Shown here piece after piece: positions 21,693 to 30,796 of a stretch of DNA of 64,000 nt. Numbering within the stretch: the first letter of the stretch is position 1; each line of letters begins with the position of its first letter. A program made the position numbers and the translations under genes. The stretch lies in the NCBI GenBank assembly GCA_963846765.1, contig CAWJXO010000030.1:311423-375422 (forward strand), in the 5' to 3' direction. The notes beneath the pieces are model-generated. The model searched no databases. It was given only the letters and a program-made list of their open reading frames with translations, and was not told the origin of the DNA. This DNA comes from an uncultured Solirubrobacterales bacterium (GTDB lineage Bacteria; Actinomycetota; Thermoleophilia; Solirubrobacterales; Solirubrobacteraceae).

Positions 21693-23369
21693 TCAGCCCA
21701 CCATGTTCCGCGCCGGCTGACCGGCGGGGATCATCGGATACGTGTTCTCTTCGCGCGTGACGCGCACGTCGACGAGCACCGGACCCTCGGTCGCGATCGC
21801 CTGCTTCATGTCGTCGACGAGCGTGTGCTTGTCCTGCAGGCGAATCCCGGTGGCGCCGTACGCCTCGGCGAGCTTGACGAAGTCGGGCCACTGCCCCATG
21901 TCGACCTGGCTGTAGCGCTTGTCCCAGAACAGCTCCTGCCACTGACGGACCATGCCGAGGTAGCCGTTGTTCATGATGAACACCTTGATCGCGATGCCCT
22001 CCTGGGTGCAGGTCGCGAGCTCCTGCATGTTCATCTGAATCGAGCCGTCGCCGGCGATGCAGACCACGGTCTGATCGGGGCAGCCCACCTTCGCGCCCAT
22101 TGCCGCCGGCAGCCCGAACCCCATCGTGCCCAGGCCGCCCGAGTTGATCCACCGGCGCGGCTTGGCGAAGTGGTAGTACTGCGCCGTCCACATCTGGTGC
22201 TGGCCGACGTCGCTGGTGATGATCGCGTCGCCGCCGGTCGCCTCGTACATCGCCTGGATCATGTACTGGGGCTTGATCTCGGAATCGGTCGAGTCCTCGT
22301 AGCGGAGCGGATGGCGCTCCTGCCAGACGCGGATCCGCGACCACCACTCCTCGAGTCGCCCCGGCTCGCCCGCGACCGCGCGGTACTCGGCGGTGAGGCG
22401 CGGCAGGATGTTCTTCGCGTCGCCGACGATCGGGATGTGGGCGGGGACGTTCTTCGAGATCTCGGCCGGGTCGACGTCGATGTGGATGAACTTGGCGCGC
22501 GGGGCGAACTCAGACAGCTTGCCGGTGATGCGGTCGTCGAAGCGCGCGCCGACCGCGCAGATCAGGTCCGCCTCGTCCATCGCGTAGTTCGCCGCCCGGG
22601 TTCCGTGCATCCCCAGCATCCCGAGCCACTGCTCGTGCGTGCCGGGGAACGCGCCCAGTCCCATCACCGTGCACGTCACCGGGAACCGGTCGGCGGTCGC
22701 GAGCTCGGTGAGCTCGGCGGCCGCGTTCGCGGAGGTGACGCCGCCGCCGGCGTAGATGATCGGGCGTCGCGCGTTCGCCAGCGCCTTGGCGGCGATCCGG
22801 ATCTGCTTCTGATTGCCCTCGATGGTCGGCTGGTAGCCGGGGAGGCGCACGTCGCTCACCGGCTCGTACGGAATGTCGGCCCGGCTGAGATCCTGAGGGA
22901 TGTCGACCACGACCGGCCCGGGGCGGCCGGTGCGCGCGATGTGGAACGCCTCGTGGATCGAGCGCGGGATCTCGAGCGGGTGCTGGATCATGAAGCTGTG
23001 CTTGACGACCGGCATCGTGATGCCGATCGTGTCCGCCTCCTGGAACCCGTCCGTGCCGAGCAGCTCGGTCCGCACCTGGCCGGTGATGAACACGACCGGG
23101 ACCGAGTCCATCATCGCGTCGCAGATCGGCGTGATCAGGTTGGTCGCGCCCGGGCCGCTCGTGGCCAGCGACACGCCGACCTTGCCGGTCGCCTTCGCGT
23201 ACCCCTCGGCCGCGTGGCCGCCGCCGGCCTCGTGCCGCACGAGGATGTGGCGGATCCCGGCGTCGTAGAACGCGTCGTAGGTCGGAAGGTTGGCGCCGCC
23301 GGGGAGGCCGAATACGACGTCCACACCCTCGGCCTTCAAGCATTCCATCAGGGCGTCGACTGCACGCAT
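21693..23369 (-). CDS. ilvB: Acetolactate synthase large subunit
   Basis: AAGGAGG RBS then MRAVDALMECL. Motifs FGLPGG, VRHE, TSGPGATN, GARFDDR, SGGLGTMG, GDGS..NN. Confidence 0.97.
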   Translation of the reverse strand: MRAVDALMECLKAEGVDVVFGLPGGANLPTYDAFYDAGIRHILVRHEAGGGHAAEGYAKATGKVGVSLATSGPGATNLITPICDAMMDSVPVVFITGQVRTELLGTDGFQEADTIGITMPVVKHSFMIQHPLEIPRSIHEAFHIARTGRPGPVVVDIPQDLSRADIPYEPVSDVRLPGYQPTIEGNQKQIRIAAKALANARRPIIYAGGGVTSANAAAELTELATADRFPVTCTVMGLGAFPGTHEQWLGMLGMHGTRAANYAMDEADLICAVGARFDDRITGKLSEFAPRAKFIHIDVDPAEISKNVPAHIPIVGDAKNILPRLTAEYRAVAGEPGRLEEWWSRIRVWQERHPLRYEDSTDSEIKPQYMIQAMYEATGGDAIITSDVGQHQMWTAQYYHFAKPRRWINSGGLGTMGFGLPAAMGAKVGCPDQTVVCIAGDGSIQMNMQELATCTQEGIAIKVFIMNNGYLGMVRQWQELFWDKRYSQVDMGQWPDFVKLAEAYGATGIRLQDKHTLVDDMKQAIATEGPVLVDVRVTREENTYPMIPAGQPARNMVG

Positions 23370-23528
23370 ACGGAGCCTCCTTTCAGCGATCCGGCACCAG
23401 GGTACGCGCGGCCAGTCCGCGCGAGGCGTAAACGCCGAGTCTACAGGCAGTTTGCCGCCGGTACCGTGACCGCCCGAGCCACCGTGGTGGACCGGAGCCA
23501 GACCGTCCGCAACTAACATCGCGCGCCG

Positions 23529-24731
23529 GTGGGATTGACCGTAATCATCGGCGCGGGCCCGCACGGACTGGCCGCGGCCGCGCACCTGCGCGCTGCCGGT
23601 ATCGAGATCCGGGCGTTCGGCGAGCCGCTCGAGTTCTGGAGGCGCAACATGCCGGCGGGGATGGTGCTGCGCTCGCGCAAGCGCAGCTCGAACATCTCCG
23701 ACCCCGGCCGGTCCCTGTCGATCGACCGGTTCGAGCGCGCCACCGGCCGCGTGCCACGAGGTTTGCTCGAATCGCTGCCGCTCGACGAGTTCGTCGAGTA
23801 CGGCCTGTGGTTCCAGCGCCAGGTCGTGCCGGATCTCGACACGCGCAAGGTTTCGAGCGCGAGCCTCGATGGCAACGGCTTCCAGCTGCGGCTCGAGGAC
23901 GGCGAGGAACTCGAGGCCGAGCGCCTCGTCCTCGCCGCCGGGCTCGCCCCGTTCCCGCACATCCCGGCTCCGTTCGCCGGCCTCCCGCCAAGGGTCGTTT
24001 CCCATGCCTCCGACCACGCCGAGCTGGCTCCGTTCGCCGGCAAGCGCGTGGTCGTCATCGGCGCGGGCCAGAGCGCGCTCGAGTCCGCTGCGCTGTTGTC
24101 GGAGGCCGGTGCCGCCGTCGAGGTGCTGGTCCGGGCGCCCGGGGTCAGGTGGCTCGTCGACGACGGAGGCGTCCCTGCTGCCCCGCGTCGGCTGCGGGAT
24201 CGCGTCCCGCCCCCGCCGACGGATGTCGGGGGCATCGTCAACGGCTGGATCGCCGCCACGCCCGACGCGTTCAGGCGCCTCCCCCGGCACTGGCAGCCGG
24301 TCGTGGCTTACCGGTGCATCCGCCCGGCGGGCTCGGGCTGGCTGGTGCCGCGGCTGCGCCGGGTCCCGATCGTCTGCTCGCGTCGCGTCGTCGCGGTCGA
24401 GCAGGCCGGCGAGGGGCTGCGGTTGACGCTCGACGACCGCTCTAAGCGCATCTTCGACCACGTTCTGCTCGGGACCGGCTACTCGATCGACGTCCGGCGG
24501 TATCCGTTCCTCGCGCCCGACCTCGCGGCGGCGATCGAGGTCGCCGGCGGATACCCCAAGCTGGCACCCGGGCTCGAGTCCTCGGTCCCGGGTCTTCACT
24601 TCATCGGGGCGCCGGCGGCCTTCAGCTTCGGCCCGATCATGCGGTTCGTCGTGGGCAGCTGGTACGACGCCCCCGCGCTCGCCCGCCGCGCGGTCGGGCG
24701 CCGGCAACCCCCGGTGCGCTTCTCGTTCTAG
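23529..24731 (+). CDS. FAD/NAD(P)-dependent oxidoreductase (flavin monooxygenase/TrxR-like)
   Basis: Two Rossmann motifs, IIGAGPHG and VIGAGQSALE; GTGY; ESSVPGLHFIG..FGP.MRFV. Confidence 0.88.
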   Translation: MGLTVIIGAGPHGLAAAAHLRAAGIEIRAFGEPLEFWRRNMPAGMVLRSRKRSSNISDPGRSLSIDRFERATGRVPRGLLESLPLDEFVEYGLWFQRQVVPDLDTRKVSSASLDGNGFQLRLEDGEELEAERLVLAAGLAPFPHIPAPFAGLPPRVVSHASDHAELAPFAGKRVVVIGAGQSALESAALLSEAGAAVEVLVRAPGVRWLVDDGGVPAAPRRLRDRVPPPPTDVGGIVNGWIAATPDAFRRLPRHWQPVVAYRCIRPAGSGWLVPRLRRVPIVCSRRVVAVEQAGEGLRLTLDDRSKRIFDHVLLGTGYSIDVRRYPFLAPDLAAAIEVAGGYPKLAPGLESSVPGLHFIGAPAAFSFGPIMRFVVGSWYDAPALARRAVGRRQPPVRFSF

Positions 24732-25066
24732 CGCCGACCGCCGACGGCGCCGCGCTGCCTCTGCTGTGCCGCTGGGTGGTCGCGTACATCGGCCTCCGAC
24801 GCGATGGCGACATCGGGGAACGCGAGCTCCTCGCCGCACTTCGTGCACACGGTGTCGTACAGCTTCAACACCCGGCCGCAGCCCGGGCACTGCCGCCGCA
24901 GCTCCCGGTTATCCCAGCGGTAGCAGACCGCAGCCATCAGCCCGATGAACGGAACGGCCCCCGAGATCAAGAACCAGAGTACGAACGAACTGCCCTTTAT
25001 CCGGCCGACGATCCCGCCGGCCAGGCCGAAAAAGAACACGATAACGACAAAGCCCATGCCAGCCAT
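24728..25066 (-). CDS. Hypothetical membrane protein with a C-terminal zinc ribbon
   Basis: Two TM helices followed by CPGC..CTKC. Confidence 0.75.
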   Translation of the reverse strand: MAGMGFVVIVFFFGLAGGIVGRIKGSSFVLWFLISGAVPFIGLMAAVCYRWDNRELRRQCPGCGRVLKLYDTVCTKCGEELAFPDVAIASEADVRDHPAAQQRQRGAVGGRR

Positions 25067-25076
25067 GGGCCTGGCC

Positions 25077-25274
25077 TCACCACACGAGCGTCTTGACCGC
25101 CCAGAGGACCGCCGCGACGACCGCGATGATCAAAATCGTCCCGAAAAGCCAGGTCACGAAGCCGATGACGAGCTTGAGCGCCAATACGACGGCGACGACC
25201 AGTACCAGACCGGCCGCGGCCTTCCGGACGACCGTGGGTGTGCGAGACCGATGACCCTCGATTTGACTATCCAT
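25077..25274 (-). CDS. Small hypothetical membrane protein (65 aa, 2 TM)
   Basis: Hydrophobic hairpin; TACGCT -10 lies 7 nt before ATG (leaderless). Confidence 0.72.
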   Translation of the reverse strand: MDSQIEGHRSRTPTVVRKAAAGLVLVVAVVLALKLVIGFVTWLFGTILIIAVVAAVLWAVKTLVW

Positions 25275-25337
25275 GCGCTTAAGCGTACTCCTGCGCCAGC
25301 ACGGATCCCGAAGGACTCGCTAAGAAGCCCGGCGGTG

Positions 25338-25511
25338 TCAGTCGTAAGTGCGTTTTAGGTGTTCGAACCGAGAGGCACCCGCGGCCGACGGCGGGTCGAA
25401 GCGCAGCCGGGCGATCCGGTAGCGACGCACCGGCGCCGCGTCGCGCGAGGACGGAGGGGTGCGGCGGTCCGCCACGAGCAAGACTTTGGAGGCTGTAACT
25501 GGACGGGTCAT
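25338..25511 (-). CDS. Possible small hypothetical protein (57 aa)
   Basis: Fills a gap on the same strand as its neighbours; no motif or RBS support. Confidence 0.25.
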   Translation of the reverse strand: MTRPVTASKVLLVADRRTPPSSRDAAPVRRYRIARLRFDPPSAAGASRFEHLKRTYD

Positions 25512-25658
25512 GACGAGAATGATCGGCGGCCGGCCCGGGCTGCGCATTGGCCCTTGGTACAAACATCACGAATGCCCACGTGCCGCGGGGCCAGCGGCTC
25601 GCAGCGGGGCCAAGGAGCTCGCCATGCGGGCACGAAGCTCACCGCGGGGCCAGGCGGC

Positions 25659-26414
25659 TCACATCTCGCGGGCGCACTGGGCCGCCGCCCCGAGCGCCTC
25701 ACGCGCCGGCGCCGGCAGGCGCCGATGCAGTCGCCACCGGGCCCCGGAGAACGCGACGTTGGCAACGGTCGCGAACCCCGCCTCGTCGGCGCGCAGCGCG
25801 AGCAGCAGGTGCGCGATCCGGTCGCTCGGCGGCAGTCCCGGGTCGCGAACCTTCACGCAGTAGCACTTCACGCGCCGGCCGCCGGGCCGGACCAAGAGTG
25901 CCCCGGCTTCGCCGACGAGCCACGCGCCCAGCCCGCCCCTCTCGAGGACGAGGCCGGTCCGCGAGCGCAGCTCGCGCGTGCGGTGATCGACCAGGTCGCC
26001 CAAGAGTCGGAGCGCGATCGGCTCGGCGGGATGGTCCGAGTCGCTGCGCCGGGGCCTTCGCACCACTCCCGCGCCGCGAGCCGCGTAGAGCTCGGAGATC
26101 GCCCACGCATGCACGAGCAGGACGAGCGAAATCGGGACTAGAACGGGCAGCAGCCAGGCAAGGACGCCGGCGGCGAGCACGAACGGGACGGCGTGGGCGA
26201 CGGTCGACAGCGTCCACAGACGTCCCGTGCGGGTCAGCGAAGAATCGGTAACGCGGGGACGCCAGTAGACGTCCGCGAGCTCCGGGAGATCGCCGGCGTG
26301 CTCTGGTGGCAGCCCCGGGGCGCGCCGCGGTGGCGAGCCGGCGCCACTATCGAGACTCGTCGCTTTCGTCCCGTCCTCCCCTTCGCTTCCGCTGCTGGAC
26401 GCCGGCCGCGCTAT
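25659..26414 (-). CDS. Hypothetical membrane protein with CYC and LPxxD..L.L..DE..F...AN motifs; probable non-canonical (ATA) start
   Basis: The frame stays open 5' of the track start (26180) through LPELADVYWRPR..LWTLSTVAHAVPF to ATA at 26414, 4 nt after the upstream stop and downstream of GGGGGA. No ATG/GTG/TTG occurs in between. Confidence 0.7.
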   Translation of the reverse strand: MARPASSSGSEGEDGTKATSLDSGAGSPPRRAPGLPPEHAGDLPELADVYWRPRVTDSSLTRTGRLWTLSTVAHAVPFVLAAGVLAWLLPVLVPISLVLLVHAWAISELYAARGAGVVRRPRRSDSDHPAEPIALRLLGDLVDHRTRELRSRTGLVLERGGLGAWLVGEAGALLVRPGGRRVKCYCVKVRDPGLPPSDRIAHLLLALRADEAGFATVANVAFSGARWRLHRRLPAPAREALGAAAQCAREM

Positions 26415-26418
26415 CGGG

Positions 26419-26643
26419 CTATCCCCCCGCGATCGGCCGGCGGAGGATCACCAGCGGAGCGTCGACGGGTAGCTCCCGGACCTGCTCGGCCCGTCCTTCA
26501 CCTTCTGAGACGACCGCGAAGTAACCCTGATCGAGCTCGGTCCGGAACGCGGCGACGGCCGCCTCGAATGCGCTCGGGTCGTCGGCCCTCCACTCAGCCA
26601 CCGTGGTGTGGCCTGTGTGATCCATCCGGACGAGTCGCGACAC
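26419..26643 (-). CDS. Small (74 aa) protein ending in -PIAGG; candidate ubiquitin-like/sulfur-carrier protein
   Basis: AGGAGG RBS before GTG 26643. Sequence (M)SRLVRMDHTGHTTVAEW..PLVILRRPIAGG*. Confidence 0.8.
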   Translation of the reverse strand: MSRLVRMDHTGHTTVAEWRADDPSAFEAAVAAFRTELDQGYFAVVSEGEGRAEQVRELPVDAPLVILRRPIAGG

Positions 26644-26897
26644 TGTGGCCTCCTGGAGACGGGGTGCGCGCTCCATCGTACGCCCGCGTCGGCGCTCCGC
26701 GGGAGCGCCAGCGTTATGCGCTGCGTAATGCTCAAAAACCCGGAGTAAAAGATTTGTAGCAAGTTTGGGAGATTTATGCGTTAATTGGACCCCGCGGTAG
26801 ATGCTCCGCCGTGGCTGACCAGGTAAGGGGATCGGTAGCGAGCACCCGGATATGTGCCCGCGCTCAAACCGGAAGTTCAAGGAAGAGACGTGCACAT

Positions 26898-28439
26898 ATG
26901 ACACCGCCGCCCGTCGCCTCTCATGCTGCCCAGTCGGGGTCGCTGACGGCCGCGCATCGCCCGTTCGGCGGTGGCCTCGTCGCGGCCGCGATGGCCAACG
27001 TTATCGAGCCTCAGGTGTGGACCCGGACGCGCTTCCTCGTGGACCTGCTGATGCTCACGCTGGCCGCAAGCGCGGCGGTGTTCGCCGCGCCCGAGCTCGG
27101 CACCGGGCCCAACCGACTGCTTGCGGCGCTGTTCCCGCTCGTCGCGGCCGCGCTCCTGCACGCCCGTCGCCACTCGGACGAGCGGCTTCAGGCGTCGATC
27201 CTCGACACCGGCGCGACCGTGATCGGAGCGGTCTCCTCGGCCGCGGTGCTGACGGTCGCGATCGCTTCGACGGTAGGCGGCAGCCACCCGATCGGTCTGA
27301 CCCTGCGGCTGTGGCTGTTCGCTGTTGTCTACGCAGGCCTCGCGCGCATCATGCTGGCCTCCGTCCGGACGCAGGCGCTGAGCAACCGCGCGCTCGCGGT
27401 GCCGACCCTGATCGTCGGGGCGGGATCGGTCGGAGAGCTGCTCGTCAAGCGGATCTCGGAGGATCCGCGCTACGGCATGCGCGCGGTCGGGTTCCTCGAC
27501 TCAGACCCGGTACCAAGATCCGCGGCGGGGAGCGCTCTCGCGGTCCCGGTCCTCGGAGGTCCGGGCGACCTGCGGGTCGCGATATCCCAGACCGGGGCGC
27601 GACGAGTGATCCTGGCCTTCTCCTCAGAGCCCGACCACGTGCTCGTCGACAAGATCCGGGAATGCCAGCAACTCGGCGTCGGCGTCTCGCTCGTGCCCAG
27701 GTTGTTTGAGTCGATCAACGGCCGCGCGACGCTCGACCACGTCGGCGGTGTGCCGCTGCTGGCACTGCGGCCGACTGATCCCAGAGGCTGGGAGTTCGCA
27801 GTCAAGCATGCCGTCGACCGGACGCTTGCCCTCGTCGCGCTGATCGCCACGGCGCCGCTGACGGTGGCGATCGCGCTCGGGGTGCGGTTGACCTCACCGG
27901 GTCCGGTTCTGTTCCGTCAGCGGCGAGTGGGCCGCGACGGCCGCGCATTCGACGTGCTCAAGTTCCGGACGATGCACGAAGCGTCCGCCCCGAGTGAGTT
28001 TGAGCCGGTCACCGGCCGCGCGCCCGGCGGCATCGAGGGCGAGGATCGCCGCACCCGATTCGGCGGCTGGCTTCGCGACAACTCGCTCGACGAGCTGCCG
28101 CAGCTGATCAACGTGCTGCGCGGCGAGATGAGTCTCATCGGACCCCGACCTGAGCGTCCCGAGTTCGTCGAGCGCTTCGCAGGCGAGGTCACGCGCTATC
28201 AGGACCGGCACCGGGTGAAGTCGGGGATTACCGGTTGGGCTCAGGTCAACGGCCTGCGGGGCCAGACCTCGATCGACGACCGGGTCGAGTGGGACAACTA
28301 CTACATCCAGAACTGGTCTCTGCGCTTCGACCTGCGAATCGCACTGCTGACGATCGCCGAGCTTCTGCGGTTCCGCGCCTCGCCGATGGAGCGCGTGCAG
28401 AGTCGCTCGGCGTCGGCGGGTGCCGGCAACCGCGACTAG
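26898..28439 (+). CDS. Initiating polyprenyl-phosphate glycosylphosphotransferase (WcaJ/CpsE type)
   Basis: 4 TM + CoA-binding-like domain + TM + KFRTM, SLDELPQLINVLRGEMSLIGPRP, GITGWAQV, YIQNWS. Confidence 0.94.
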   Translation: MTPPPVASHAAQSGSLTAAHRPFGGGLVAAAMANVIEPQVWTRTRFLVDLLMLTLAASAAVFAAPELGTGPNRLLAALFPLVAAALLHARRHSDERLQASILDTGATVIGAVSSAAVLTVAIASTVGGSHPIGLTLRLWLFAVVYAGLARIMLASVRTQALSNRALAVPTLIVGAGSVGELLVKRISEDPRYGMRAVGFLDSDPVPRSAAGSALAVPVLGGPGDLRVAISQTGARRVILAFSSEPDHVLVDKIRECQQLGVGVSLVPRLFESINGRATLDHVGGVPLLALRPTDPRGWEFAVKHAVDRTLALVALIATAPLTVAIALGVRLTSPGPVLFRQRRVGRDGRAFDVLKFRTMHEASAPSEFEPVTGRAPGGIEGEDRRTRFGGWLRDNSLDELPQLINVLRGEMSLIGPRPERPEFVERFAGEVTRYQDRHRVKSGITGWAQVNGLRGQTSIDDRVEWDNYYIQNWSLRFDLRIALLTIAELLRFRASPMERVQSRSASAGAGNRD

Positions 28440-28468
28440 TTCGCCGGGCCGGCCGGCGCGACCCACAC

Positions 28469-29162
28469 CTAGCGGCGCCCTTCCGCCGTTCCCGCGCGTG
28501 CCTTCCTCACGCCGTCCCTCGCCAGCTCGGCCGCTCGGACGACCACGTGCCCGTCGGACCGCTCGTGCATGCCGGCGCCGGCCTGCCCGAGCGCCCACCG
28601 GCACCAGATTGCAGCCAGCGGCGCGTCGGCGGCGACGCCCAACCACAGGGAGCCATACGGGCGGCGGTTGAAGTCGATCGCCCCGATTCGGCCGTCGCCG
28701 GGCTCGATCAGCTCGAGCTCGAACAGCCCGTGCCATCCGATCGCCGTGACAAGTGACAGCACCCGCTCGCACAGCCCGCCGGACGCCTCGATCGTCTCCG
28801 GGAAGCTGACGTTGCCGGCTTGCGGCGACCACATCCGTGCGGACCGGCTTCAACAGGACTGATAGCCATACGCCTCCGCCAGTGCGGCCGCAGCGTCGGC
28901 GCTGTCGGCCACATGCGCGTCGGGCGGTCCCAGCCCGGCGCTCGCAGCGCACGAGGGCCTCGAGCCGGCTCAGAAACGCGTCCAAACCGCCTCCCGGATC
29001 GGGGAGAAGCCTACGGGCGGAGCACCGCCGCGACCACGAGCCCGGAGCGAGCCCGACGCCGGCGGTTGCGGTCATCCGATATCCGGCGTCGCCAAGGCAT
29101 CTGGCGGCGGCGAGCACAAACCTCTCTTGAGCGTCGGTGATGAGGATCCGCACGACGCTCAT
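28469..29162 (-). pseudogene. Fragmented ATP-grasp (carboxylate-amine ligase) gene
   Basis: The N-terminal piece RILITDAQERFVLAAARCLG..SRRC and a central LLKP are in one frame. The C-terminal piece GWHGLFELEL..IDFNRRPYGSL..G..L is in another frame. Total length is far shorter than an intact ATP-grasp gene. Confidence 0.7.
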
Positions 29163-29242
29163 GTTGTGATGTCCTGGTTACTTCGTGGCATAGTAGGGTC
29201 GCAATGGGAGTGCCGTCAGCAGGGAGCGCGGATCGGCGGGAC

Positions 29243-30796
29243 ATGGCAGACCGGTCGGGTTTTAGAAGCTATATCGCAACGCTGCGAGAGCGTTGGTGGG
29301 TAGTTCTCCTGTGTACGGTGGTGACGCTAGTCGCCGCCGCGACCTACGTGGCCGCGGCGCCGCGCAGCTACACCGCGGAGGCCGAGTTGCTGATTAACGC
29401 CGCGCCGCCCGAGAACACGATCCTGTTCGATCTGCCCGTCCTGCACCAGAGCGGTGACCCCACTCAGGACGTACTCACCGGAGCCAACCTGGTCACCACG
29501 CCCCAGGTCGCGAACGCCGTGATCGACTCGCTGCATCTGCGGACAACGACGAATGACCTCCTCGCAAAAGTCTCGGCCACGCCGGTGGGACAGAGCAACA
29601 TCGTGGCGGTCCAGGCGGCCGCTTCCTCGCCGGAGCAGGCCCAGCGCATCGCGAACTCGTTCATGAGCAACACGATCGCGGTCCGCTCGGCCGCGATGCA
29701 CGCCGCGGTGGCCCTGGCGATCCCGCCGCTGAAGGCGCAAGTCGCGGCGCTCCCTCCGTCGCAGCGAAACGGCCCGGGTTCGCTCGGCGACGAGCTCAGC
29801 CAGCTCCAGACGCTCCAGTACAGCCCCGACCCGACGCTCGGGGTCGCTGCTGCGGCTCAACGTCCGACCTCGCCGACGACGCCGCGCACGAAGCTGTCGC
29901 TGGCCGCTGGGCTGCTGGGCGGACTGCTGATCGGGATCGGCGCCGCGTTCGCGTTCAGCGCCCTGGACCCGAGGGTGCAGCGCGAAGAGCAGCTGCGGGA
30001 GCTGTTCGGTCGAGTCCCGGTCCTCACGCGGATCCCGCGCGTTGGCCATAACCGCTGGCCGGGACCGCTGGTCCCCGACCAGCTATCGCTGCCGGCCGTC
30101 GAGAGCTACCGTACGTTGCGCACGACGCTCTCGACGCGCGCGGGAGGCGAGCCGCGCGCGTACCTGCTGACTGGCTGCGGCCCATCGGAAGGAAAGACCA
30201 CCAGCGCGATGGCGCTGAGTGCCGCGCTCGCCCAGGTGGGCGCTCGCGTGATCCTGATCGAAGCCGATCTCCGGCGTCCCAAGATCGCTTCGGCGCTCGG
30301 GCTGGCCCTGAGCTACGGCAGCGAGCAGGTCCTGACGGGCGAGGTCGAGCTCGCCGACGCGCTCGGCACGGTGTCGATCGACGGTGCCGAGCTGCGTGTC
30401 GCGGCGGCGCACCGCTCGGGCGCCAAGCTCGCCGACCGGCTGTCGCTCGCGATCGCGCGGGAGCTGATCGAGTCCGCCAAGGAACTGGCCGACTTCGTCG
30501 TGATCGACGCGCCGCCGCTGACGGCGGTGATCGATGCGTTGCCGCTCGCGCAGCTGGCCGACGAGGTGCTGGTGGTCGTCCGGCTTGGCCAGACGCGCTT
30601 GGCCAAGCTGGCGAACCTGGACGATCTGCTCAGCCATCAGGGCGCCCGCCCCACGGGTCTCGTGCTCGTCGGAGGAAGTGATCGGGGCGAATACGGCTAT
30701 TACTCCGAGGCCGCGGATGGCGGTCGCGGGAACGGCGGCTCGCGGAGCCTCATGCCCGACCTGCCGGAGCCGGCACGGACGCGCCCGCCGGTGTGA
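29243..30796 (+). CDS. Polysaccharide co-polymerase / BY-kinase fusion (Wzc-like)
   Basis: Wzz-like N-terminus (LRERWWVV..), ESYRTLRT, Walker A PSEGKTT, EADLRRP, VIDAPP, C-terminal EYGYY. Start is 29243 or 29204. Confidence 0.92.
   Translation: MADRSGFRSYIATLRERWWVVLLCTVVTLVAAATYVAAAPRSYTAEAELLINAAPPENTILFDLPVLHQSGDPTQDVLTGANLVTTPQVANAVIDSLHLRTTTNDLLAKVSATPVGQSNIVAVQAAASSPEQAQRIANSFMSNTIAVRSAAMHAAVALAIPPLKAQVAALPPSQRNGPGSLGDELSQLQTLQYSPDPTLGVAAAAQRPTSPTTPRTKLSLAAGLLGGLLIGIGAAFAFSALDPRVQREEQLRELFGRVPVLTRIPRVGHNRWPGPLVPDQLSLPAVESYRTLRTTLSTRAGGEPRAYLLTGCGPSEGKTTSAMALSAALAQVGARVILIEADLRRPKIASALGLALSYGSEQVLTGEVELADALGTVSIDGAELRVAAAHRSGAKLADRLSLAIARELIESAKELADFVVIDAPPLTAVIDALPLAQLADEVLVVVRLGQTRLAKLANLDDLLSHQGARPTGLVLVGGSDRGEYGYYSEAADGGRGNGGSRSLMPDLPEPARTRPPV

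Noticed and set aside
21423-23516. 697-aa plus-strand ORF
   Set aside because: Antisense shadow of ilvB/ilvN, typical of high-GC3 DNA; no motifs.
21693-24890. 1065-aa IlvB fusion protein
   Set aside because: The N-terminal half is antisense to the FAD oxidoreductase, and a strong RBS marks ATG 23369.
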